Source: the human T2T-CHM13v2.0 reference genome, Homo sapiens. From it: a DNA stretch of 64,000 bases. Made by a program: the position numbers and the translations under genes. Location of the stretch: the NCBI RefSeq assembly GCF_009914755.1, contig NC_060926.1; one strand, given 5' to 3'. Positions 53,168 through 64,000 of this stretch are shown here, in pieces. How positions within the stretch are numbered: the stretch's first letter is position 1; each line of letters starts with the position of its first letter. Under the pieces are notes generated by a model. That model was not told the DNA's origin, made no database searches, and saw nothing but the letters and a program-made list of their open reading frames with translations.

Positions 53168-54261
53168 TTGTATGTCCAGGGTTCCTCAACATCCCTGAAG
53201 ACACTTGGGGCTCCTTAATATCCATATAATTTCTATTTTGACCAGAAAGAGGAAAAGTCAACATTTTGGAAACTCCAAACTCCACCAGGGGCTTGGCTGA
53301 AACAGGTGTGTGTCGTTTCTCCAACCAGCCAGCTCACCTGCAAATCTCAGAACTTATGTTAATGAGAGTTGCCTGCCCACAGCTCTTCTACGAATAATGT
53401 TTTTGTATGTAAAGGAGAAGCAAAAACATTTTTTTGACCTCTTGGAGCACGAAAATCAATAAGAAGTTGATAAAGCAAAGTCTGTGCCTGCTGAAAATAA
53501 AACAAGTGTGCTTTGTTTACCCACTGAAGCCTTCACGTTGTCAGGCCTGCGTCGAGATGATTTATAGACCAACACCCCATGAAATCATTTAAAGCAGATT
53601 AGATTCCCAGGACAATCCTCTCTAATATGACAAGCTGATAGAGGCTGACAGGTAACTAGGTTGTTCAGGATGGCAAGCCAGTCCCAGAAATTCTGATTAA
53701 ATTAAAATATTAATGGTACCGCCGGGAGAGGAAGATTGAGTTGAGGTGGGCAAATTCTGTATGAGGACCGAGGAGCAAACACCACGTCGCAGTCGCTGTG
53801 CTGGAAGCAGAAGCCTGGGGGTGCCAGGGGAATTACCTTTGCTAAACCCGAAAGCAGGGCCTGCATTGCAATGAACTGTGCGGTGCTGGAGACAGGGTGG
53901 GGACAACACACCTGCCAGGCTCAGAAGGGAACACGGAGATTCCCTAATCACCTCCTCTCTCCTGCAGCTGCAAAGGTGATGGCCGGAGACCCTCATCTCT
54001 GCAGCTCTTAATTCCCCAGTAACCTCTCCCATGGCCTCTGCAAATGCTCGTTTGCAGGGCACTTTAACCCAATCTGAAATTGAGACTCCAGCACCATGAC
54101 TGTGTACAGATTCTCTAGGAAACTGTCTTGTGCCGGCTGGATGAAAGCTTATTGCTGTGTGTGTGTAGTGTGTGTGTGTGGTTTTGTTTTTTCCTTACAG
54201 AGAAAAATGCAAAGAATCTTGCCCCGGCCACAGGAAAAGGAGATTCCTGAGCAGTGTACAT

Positions 54262-54659
54262 TTGCTCCTCTTTCTTTCTTTATCTTTCTTTCTTCTTTCT
54301 TCCTTTCTTTCCCTGTCTCTCCTTCCTTCTTTCTTCCTTTCTTTCTCTCTCTTCTTCCTTCCTTCTTTTTTCTCTTTCTTTCTTCTTTCTCTCTCTCCTT
54401 CCTTCCTTCTTCCTTTCTTTCTCTCCTTCCTTCCTTACATTCTTCTTTCTTTCTCTTCTTCTTTCTTTCTTTCTCTCTTTCTTTCCTTCCTTCCTTCCTT
54501 CCTTCCTTCCTTTCCTTTCTTTCTCTCTCTCTCCCTCTCTTTCTCTCCCAATCTCACTCTTTCTCTCTCCCCTTCCTTCCTTCCTCCTTCTTTCCTTCCT
54601 TCCTTCCTTCCTTCCTTCCTTCCTTCCTTCCTTCCTTCCTTTTCTCTCTCTCTCTTTCC
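54262..54659. repeat. Polypyrimidine tract with (TTCC)n runs
   Basis: About 400 bp of C/T, including (TTCC)12 at 54592-54639 and (TTCC)7 at 54483-54510. Confidence 0.95.
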
Positions 54660-57600
54660 AGCTGGCTTGGCTGGCTGGCTGGCTTGGTTGGCTGGCTGGC
54701 TTGGCTGTCTTGGCTGGCTTGGCTGCCTGGCTGGCTTGGCTGGATTGGCTGGCTTGGCTGGCTGGGTGGCTTGGCTGGCTTGGCTGGCTTGGCTGGCTTG
54801 GTTGGCTGGCTGGATTGGTTGGCTGGCTGGCTTGGCTGTCTTGGCTGGCTTGGCTGCCTGGCTGGCTTGGCTGGCTTGGCTGGCTTGGCTGGCTGGGTGG
54901 CTTGGCTGGTTTGGCTGGCTGGCTTGGTTGGCTTGGATGGCTGGCTGGCTTGGCTGGCTTGGCTGGCTAGCTGGCTTGGTTGGCTGGCTGGGCTGGCTTG
55001 GCTGGCTGGGCTGGCTGGCTGGCTGGCTTGGATGGCTTGGCTGGCTGGCTGGGCTGGCTTGGCTGGCTTGGCTGGCTGGTTGAATTTGCTGGCTTGCCTG
55101 GCTTGGCTGACTGGCTTGGCTGGCTCAGTTGGCTTGGCTGGCTTGGCTGGCTTGGCTGGCTGGCTGGCTTGGCTGGCTGGCTGGCTTGGCTGGCTTGGCT
55201 GGCTGGCTTGGCTGGCTTGGCTGGCTGGCTGACTTGGCTGGCTTGTGTGGCTGGCTGGGCTGGCTGCGGTGGCTGGGTTGGCTGGCTGGCTGGGCTGGCT
55301 GGGCTGGCTGGGCTGGCTGGCTGGCTTGGCTGGCTGGGCTGGCTGGCTGGCTTGAATGGCTTGGCTGGCTTGGCTCGCATGGCTGGCTGGCTGGCTTGGC
55401 AGGCTGGCTGGTTTAGCTGTCTTGGGTGGCTGGGTGGCTGGCTGGCTTGGCTGGCTTGGCTGGATGGGCTGGCTGGCTGGCCTGGCTGGCTGGCTGGCTT
55501 GGCTGGCTTGGCAGGCTGGCTGGTTTAGCTGGCTTGGTTGGCTGGCTGGCTTGGCTGGCTTGACTGGCTGGATGGCTTGGCTGGCTTGGCTGGCTGGCTG
55601 AGTTGGCTGTCTTGGCTGGCTTGGGTGTCTTGGCTGGCTGGCTGGCTTCATTGGCTTGGATGGCTGGCTGGCTTGGATGGCTGCCTGGCTTGGCTAGCTT
55701 GGCTGGCTGACTGGCTTGGCTGCCTTGGCTGGCTTGGCTGGCTTGGCAGGCTTGGCTGGCTTGGCTGGTTGGCTTGGATGGCTTGGCTAGCTGGCTTGGC
55801 TAGCTGGCTTGGCTGGCTTGGCTTGCTGGCTGTCTTGGCTGGCTTGGCAGGCTGACTTGGCTGGCTTTGCTGGCTGGCTGGCTTTGCAGGCTTGGCTGGC
55901 TGGCTGGCTTGGCAGGCTTGGCTGGCTTGGCCGGCTTGGCTGGCTCCTGGCTTGGCTGGCTTGGCTGGCTTGCTTGGCTGGCTTGGCTGGCTGGGTGGCT
56001 TGGCTGGCTTGGCTGGATGGCTGGCTGGGTGACTTGGGTGGCTTGGCTGGCTAGGTGGCTTGGTTGGTTTGGCTGGCTGGCTTGGCTGGCTGGCTTGCTG
56101 GCTTGCTTGGCTGGCTTGGCTGGCTGGCTGGCTTGGCTGTCTCGGCTGGCTGGCTGGCTTGGCTGGCTTGGCTGGCTTGGCTGGCTGACTGGCTTGACTG
56201 GCTTGACTGGCTTGGCTGGCTTGGCTGGCTTGGCTGGCTGACTGGCTTGGCTGGCTTGGCTGGCTTGGCTGGCTGGCTGTCTTGGCTGTCTTGGCTGGCT
56301 GGCTGGCATGGCTGGCTTGGCTGGCTTGGCTGGCTGGCTGACTTGGCTGGCTTGTGTGGCTGGCTGGGCTGGCTGCGGTGGCTGGGTTGGCTGGCTGGCT
56401 GGGCTGGCTGGGCTGGCTGGCTGGCTTGGCTGGCTGGGCTGGCTGGCTGGCTTGATTAGCTTGGCTGGCTTGGCTGGCCTGGCTGGCTGGCTGACTTGGC
56501 TGGCTTGGCAGGCTGGCTGGTTTAGCTGTCTTGGGTGGCTGGGTGGCTGGCTGGCTTGGCTGGCTGGGCTGGCTGGCTGGCCTGGCTGGCTGGCTTGGCT
56601 GGCTTGGCAGGCTGGCTGGTTTAGCTGGCTTGGTTGGCTGGCTGGCTTGGCTGGCTTGACTGTCTGGTTGGCTTGGCTGGCTTGGCTAGCTGGCTGAGTT
56701 GGCTGGCTTGGCTGGCTTGGGTGTCTTGGCTGGCTGGCTGGCTTCATTGGCTTGGATGGCTGGCTGGCTTGGATGGCTGCCTGGCTTGGCTAGCTTGGCT
56801 GGCTGACTGGCTTGGCTGCCTTGGCTGGCTTGGCTGGCTTGGCTAGCTGGCTTGGCTAGCTGGCTTGGCTGGCTTGGCTTGCTGGCTGTCTTGGCTGGCT
56901 TGGCAGGCTGACTTGGCTGGCTTTGCTGGCGGGCTGGCTTTGCAGGCTTGGCTGGCTGGCTGGCTTGGCAGGCTTGGCTGGCTTGGCTGGCTTGGCTGGC
57001 TCCTGGCTTGGCTGGCTTGGCTGGCTTGCTTGGCTGGCTGGTTTAGCTGTCTTGGGTGGCTGGGTGGCTGGCTGGCTTGGCAGGCTTGACTGGCTGGCTG
57101 GCTTGGCTGGCTTGGCTGGCTGGCTGAGTTGGCTGGCTTGGCTGGCTTGGGTGTCTTGGCTGGCTGGCTGGCTTCATTGGCTTGGATGGCTGGCTGGCTT
57201 GGCTGGCTGCCTGGCTTGGCTAGCTTGGCTGGCTGACTGGCTTGGCTGCCTTGGCTGGCTTGGCTGGCTTGGCTAGCTGGCTTGGCTGGCTTGGCTTGCT
57301 CTCTGTCTTGGCTGGCTTGGCAGGCTGACTTGGCTGGCTTTGCTGGCTGGCTGGCTTTGCAGGCTTGGCTGGCTGGCTGGCTTGTCAGGCTTGGCTGGCT
57401 TGGCTGGCTTGGCTGGCTCCTGGCTTGGCTGGCTTGGCTGGCTTGCTTGGCTGGCTTGGCTGGCTGGGTGGCTTGGCTGGTTCGGCTGGCTGGCTGGCTG
57501 GGTGTCTTGGGTGGCTTGGCTGGCTGGGTGGCTTGGCTGGTTTGGCTGGCTGGCTTGGCTGGCTGGCTTGCTGTCTTGCTTGGCTGGCTTGGCCGGCTGA

Positions 57601-60600
57601 CTGGCTTGACTGGCTTGACTGGCTTGGCTGGCTTGGCTGGCTTGGCTGGCTGACTGGCTTGGCTGGCTTGGCTGGCTGGCTGTCTTGGCTGTCTTGGCTG
57701 GCTGGCTGGCATGGCTGCCTTGGCTGGCTTGGCTGGCTGGCAGACTTGGCTGGCTTGTGTGGCTGGCTGGGCTGGCTGTGGTGGCTGGGTTGGCTGGCTG
57801 GCTGGGCTGGCTGGGCTGGCTGGCTGGCTTGGCTGGCTGGGCTGGCTGGCTGGCTTGATTGGCTTGGCTGGCTTGGCTGGCCTGGCTGGCTGGCTGGCTT
57901 GGCTGGCTTGGCAGGCTGGCTGGTTTAGCTGTCTTGGGTGGCTGGGTGGCTGGCTGGCTTGGCTGGCTGGGCTGGCTGGCTGGCCTGGCTGCCTGGCTGG
58001 CTTGGCTGGCTTGGCAAGCTGGCTGGTTTAGCTGGCTTGGTTGGCTGGCTGGCTTGGCTGGCTTGACTGTCTGGCTGGCTTGGCTGGCTTGGCTAGCTGG
58101 CTGAGTTGGCTGGCTTGGCTGGCTTGGGTGTCTTGGCTGGCTGGCTGGCTTCATTGGCTTGGATGGCTGGCTGGCTTGGATGGCTGCCTGGCTTGGCTAG
58201 CTTGGCTGGCTGACTGGCTTGGCTGCCTTGGCTGGCTTGGCTGGCTTGGCTGGCTGGCTTGGCTGGCTTGGCTAGCTGGCTTGGCTAGCTGGCTTGGCTG
58301 GCTTGGCTTGGCTGGCTTGGCTTGCTGGCTGTCTTGGCTGGCTTGGCAGGCTGACTTGGCTGGCTTTGCTGGCGGGCTGGCTTTGCAGGCTTCGCTGGCT
58401 GGCTGGCTTGGCAGGCTTGGCTGGCTTGGCTGGCTTGGCTGGCTCCTGGCTTGGCTGGCTTGGCTGGCTTGCTTGGCTGGCTTGGGTGTCTTGGCTGGCT
58501 GGCTGGCTTCATTGGCTTGGATGGCTGGCTGGCTTGGATGGCTGCCTGGCTTGGCTAGCTTGGCTGGCTGACTGGCTTGGCTGCCTTGGCTGGCTTGGCT
58601 GGCTTGGCTGGCTGGCTTGGCTGGCTTGGCTAGCTGGCTTTGCTAGCTGGCTTGGCTGGCTTGGCTTGCTGGCTGTCTTGGCTGGCTTAGCAGGCTGACT
58701 TGGCTGGCTTTGCTGGCGGGCTGGCTTTGTAGGCTTGGCTGGCTGGCTGGCTTGGCTGGCTTGGCTGGCTCCTGGCTTGGCTGGCTTGGCTGGCTTGCTT
58801 GGCTGGCTTGGCTTGCTGGGTGGCTTGGCTGGCTTGGCTGGCTGGCTGGCTGGGTGTCTTGGGTGGCTTGGCTGGCTGGGTGGCTTGGTTGGTGTGGCTG
58901 GCTGGCTTGGCTGGCTGGCTTGCTGGCTTGCTTGGCTGGCTTGGCTGGCTGGCTGGCTTGGCTGTCTGGGCTGGCTGGCTGGCTTGGCTGGCTTGGCTGG
59001 CTGACTGGCTTGACTGGCTTGGCTGACTTGGCTGGCTTGGCTGGCTGACTGGCTTGGCTGGCTTGGCTGGCTTGGCTGGCTGGCTGGATTGGCTGGCTTG
59101 GCTGGCTGGCTGGCTGGCTGACTTGGCTGGCTTGTGTGGCTGGCTGGGCTGGCTGCGGTGGCTGGATTGGCTGGCTGGCTGGGCTGGCTGTGCTGGCTGC
59201 CTGGCTTGGCTGGCTGGGCTGGCTGGCTGGCTCGAATGGCTTGGCTGGCTTGGCTGGCCTGGCTGGCTGGCTGGCTTGGCTGGCTTGGCAGGCTGGCTGG
59301 TTTAGCTGTCTTGGGTGGCTGGGTGGCTGGTTGGCTTGGCTGTCTGGGCTGGCTGGCTGGCTTGGCTGGCTTGGCTGGCTGACTGGCTTGACTGGCTTGG
59401 CTGGCTTGGCTGGCTTGGCTGGCTGACTGGCTTGGGTGTCTTGGCTGGCTGGCTGGCATGGCTGGCTTGGCTGGCTGGCTGGCATGGCTGCCTTGGCGGG
59501 CTGGCTTGGCTGGCTTGGCTGGCTGGCTGACTTGGCTGGCTTGTGTGGCTGGCTGGGCTGGCTGCGGTGACTGGGTTGGCTGGCTGGCTGGGCTGGCTGG
59601 GCTGGCTGGCTGGCTTGGCTGGCTGGGCTGGCAGGCTGGCTCGAATGGCTTGGCTGGCTTGGCTGGCCTGGCTGGCTGGCTGGCTTGGCTGGCTTGGCAG
59701 GCTGGCTGGTTTAGCTGTCTTGGGTGGCTGGGTGGCTGGCTGGCTAGGCTGGCTGGGCTGGCTGGCTGGCCTGGCTGGCCTGGCTGGCTGGCTGGCTTGG
59801 CTGGCTTGGCCGGCAGGCTGGTTTAGCTGGCTTGGTTGGCTGGCTGGCTTGGCTGGCTGGCTGGCTTGGCTGGCTTGACTGGCTGGCTGGCTTGGCTGGC
59901 TTGGCTGGCTGGCTGAGTTGGCTGTCTTGGCTGGCTTGGGTGTCTTGGCTGGCTGGCTGGCTTCATTGGCTTCATGGCTGGCTGGCTTGGATGGCTGCCT
60001 GGCTTGGCTAGCTTGGCTGGCTGACTGGCTTGGCTCCCTTGGCTGGCTTGGCTAGCTGGCTTGGCTTGCTGGCTTGGCCGGCTTGGCTTCCTGGCTGTCT
60101 TGGCTGGCTTGGCAGGCTGACTTGGCTGGCTTTGCTGGCTGGCTGGCTTTGCAGGCTTGGCTGGCTGGCTGGCTGGCTTTCTTGGCTGGCTTGGCTGGCT
60201 GGCTGGCTTGGCTGTCTGGGCTGGCTGGCTGGCTTGGCTGGCTTGGCTGGCTGGCTGGCTGGCTGGCTGGCTGCCTTGGCTGGCTTGTCTGGCTTGGCTG
60301 GCTGGGTGGCAGGCTGGCATGGCTGGTTGGGTGGCTGGCTGGCTTGGCTGGCTGGGTGGCTGGGTGGCTGGCTGGCTGGCTGGCTTGGCTGGCTTGGCTG
60401 GCTGGCTGGCTTGGCTGGCTTGGCTGGCTGGCTGGCTGCCTGGCTTGGCTGTCTGGGCTGGCTGGGTGGCTTGGCTGGCTTGGCTGGCTCCTGGCTTGGC
60501 TGGCTCCTGGCTTGGCTGGCTTGGCTGCCTTGCTTGGCTGGCTTGGCTGGCTGGCTGGCTTGACCGGCTTGGCTGGCTTGTTGGCTTGGCTGGCTTGGCC

Positions 60601-63110
60601 GGATGGCTGGCTTGGCTGGCTTCGCTGGCTTGGCTGGCTGGCTGGCTCTGCTGGCCGGCTTGGATGGCTTGGCTGGCTTGGCTGGCTTCGCTGGCTGCCT
60701 GGCTTTGCTGGCTTGGCTGGCTGGTTGGTTTGGCTGCCTTGGCTGGCTGACTGGCATAGCTGGCATGGCTGGCTGGCTGGCTTGGCCGGCTTGGCTGACT
60801 TGGCTGGTTGGGCGGCTTGGCTGGCTTGGCTGGCTGTCTTGGCTGGTTGGCTGGCTGGCTGTCTTGGCTCGTTGGCTGGCTGTCTTGGCTGGCTGGCTGG
60901 CTTGGCCGGCTTGGCTGACTTGGCTGGTTGGGTGGCTTGGCTGGCTTGGCTGGGTGTCTTGGCTGGTTGGCTGGCTGGCTGTCTTGGCTCGTTGGCTGGC
61001 TGTCTTGGCTGGTTGGCTGGCTTGGCTGGCTTGTCTGGCTGGCTGTCTTGGCTGGCTTGGCTGGCTTTGCTGGCCTGGTGGTTTGGCTGGCCGGCTGGGT
61101 TGGCCGGCTGGCTGGCTGGGTGGTTTGGCTGGCTGGCTGGCTGGGAGTCTTGGCTGGCTTGGCTGGCTGGCTGGCTGGCTGGCTGGCTGCCTTGGCTGGC
61201 TTGTCTGGCTTGGCTGGCTGGGTGGCAGGCTGGCATGGCTGGTTGGGTGGCTGGCTGGCTTGGCTGGCTGGGTGGCTGGGTGGCTGGCTGGCTGGCTGGC
61301 TTGGCTGGCTTGGCTGGCTGGCTGGCTTGGCTGGCTTGGCTGGCTGGCTGGCTGCCTGGCTTGGCTGTCTGGGCTGGCTGGGTGGCTTGGCTGGCTTGGC
61401 TGGCTCCTGGCTTGGCTGGCTCCTGGCTTGGCTGGCTTGGCTGCCTTGCTTGGCTGGCTTGGCTGGCTGGCTGGCTTGGCCGGCTTGGCTGGCTTGTTGG
61501 CTTGGCTGGCTTGGCCGGATGGCTGGCTTGGCTGGCTTCGCTGGCTTGGCTGGCTGGCTGGCTCTGCTGGCCGGCTTGGATGGCTTGGCTGGCTTGGCTG
61601 GCTTGGCTGGCTGCCTGGCTTTGCTGGCTTGGCTGGCTGGTTGGTTTGGCTGCCTTGGCTGGATGACTGGCATGGCTGGCATGGCTGGCTGGCTGGCTTG
61701 GCCGGCTTGGCTGACTTGGCTGGTTGGGTGGCTTGGCTGGCTTGGCTGGGTGTCTTGGCTGGTTGGCTGGCTGGCTGTCTTGGCTCGTTGGCTGGCTGTC
61801 TTGGCTGGTTGGCTGGCTTGGCTGGCTTGTCTGGCTGGCTGTCTTGGCTGGCTTGGCTGGCTTTGCTGGCCTGGTGGTTTGGCTGGCTTCGCTGGCCAGG
61901 TGGCTTGGCTGGCTTGGCTGGCCGGGTGGCTTGGCCGCCGTGGCTGGCCGGCCGTCTTCGCTGGCTGGCTGGCTTGGCTGGCTTGGTGGGCTGGCTGGCT
62001 TGGCTGGCTTGGCTGGCTTGGCTGGCCGGCTGGGTTGGCTGGCTGGCTGGCTGGGTGGTTTGGCTGGCTGGCTGGCTGGCTTGGCTGGCTTGGCTGGCTT
62101 GGCTGGCTTCACTGGCTGCCTGGCTTGGCTGGCTGGCTGGCTTGCCTGGCTTGGCTGGCTTGGCTGGCTGGCTGGCTTTACTGGCTTGGCTGGCTGGGTG
62201 GCTGGCTAGCTTGACTGGCTCGGCTGGCTTGGGTGGCTGGCTAGCTTGACTGGCTCGGCTGGCTTGGCTGGCTGGCTGGCTTTGCTGGCTGGCTGGCTGG
62301 CTTGATTGGCTGGCTTGCCTGGCTGGATGGCTCCCTGACTTGGCTGGCTTTGCTGGCTGTCTGGCTCGGCTGGCTGGCTGGCTGGCTGGTTAGATGGCTT
62401 GACTGGCTGGCTTGCTGGCTTGGCTGGCTGGCTGGCTTGGACGGCTTGGCTGGCTGGCTGCCTTCGCTGGCTTAGCTGGCTGGCTGTCTTGGGTGGCTTG
62501 GCTTGCTGGCTGTCTGGCTGACTGGCTCGCTGGCTGGCTTGGCTGGCTTGGCTGGCTGGCTGTCTTGGCTGGCTTGGCTGTCTTTGTGGCTTCACTGGCT
62601 TGGCTGGCTGGCTGGCTTGGCTGGCTTGGCTGGCTGGCTGGCTTCGCTGGCTTGGCTGGCTGGCTGGGTGGCTTTGCTGGCTGGCTGGCTGGCTGGCTTG
62701 GCTGGCTTCACTGGCTGGCTTGGCCGGCTTGGCCGGCTTGGCTGGCTGGCTGGCTGGCTTGGCTTGCTGGCTGGCTGGCTGGCTTTGCTTGCTGGCTGGC
62801 TGGCTTGGCTCGCTGGCTGGCTTGGCTGGCTGGCTGGCTGGCTGTCTTGGCTGGCTTGGTTGCCTGGCTGGCTGAGTGGCTTTGCTGGCTGGCTGGCTGG
62901 CTGGCTTGGCTGGCTTGGCTGGCTAGCTGGCTAGCTGGCTTGGCTGACTTGGCTGGCTAGTTGGCTTGGCTGGCTTGGCTGGCTTGGCTGGCTGGCTGGC
63001 TGGCTGGCTTGGCTGGCTTGGCAGGCTGGCTGGTTGGGTGGCTTAGCTTGCTGGCTGGCTGGCTGGGTCGCTTGACTGGCTTGGCTGGTTGGCTTGGCTG
63101 GCTTGGTTTG
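54660..63110. repeat. About 8.45-kb GGCT/GGCTT simple-sequence satellite with higher-order duplications
   Basis: Continuous mix of GGCT and GGCTT units, with the + strand almost A-free. Variant markers recur (see findings). Confidence 0.97.

Positions 63111-64000
<890 letters not shown>

Noticed and set aside
54660-63110. DM2-type CCTG repeat, telomeric repeat or Chi-site array
   Set aside because: The unit is CTGG/CCAG, which is not a rotation of CCTG/CAGG or TTAGGG. GCTGGCTGG only resembles Chi (GCTGGTGG), and Chi has no role in primates.

Overview
Primate (human-like) pericentromeric segmental-duplication DNA with no intact protein-coding gene. From left to right: (i) the 3' 3.9 kb of a dead L1PA element; (ii) about 24 kb of AT-rich, Alu-poor DNA with old L1M/L2 fragments and LTRs; (iii) a 2.3-kb CpG-rich GGGCAAAAAGCCG-type repeat (27.8-30.1 kb); (iv) a transposed Ig kappa V1 orphon (37.3-37.9 kb) with an open leader and V exon but a mutated octamer and RSS; (v) an abrupt switch, just after a 13-bp fold-back at 38.4 kb, to a very Alu-dense block (38.9-52.9 kb); (vi) a CT/CCTT tract running directly into an 8.45-kb, almost A-free GGCT/GGCTT satellite with kilobase-scale internal duplications (54.66-63.11 kb); and (vii) a tandem array of one truncated Alu variant with a period of about 260 bp that runs off the window end. 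Nearly all long ORFs in the track are low-complexity or Alu artefacts. I do not see a demonstrably new biological system. The best candidates for undescribed structure are the GGCT satellite plus Alu-array composite and the junction signatures around the V-kappa orphon. Repeat subfamily names were assigned by eye and need RepeatMasker/Dfam confirmation.
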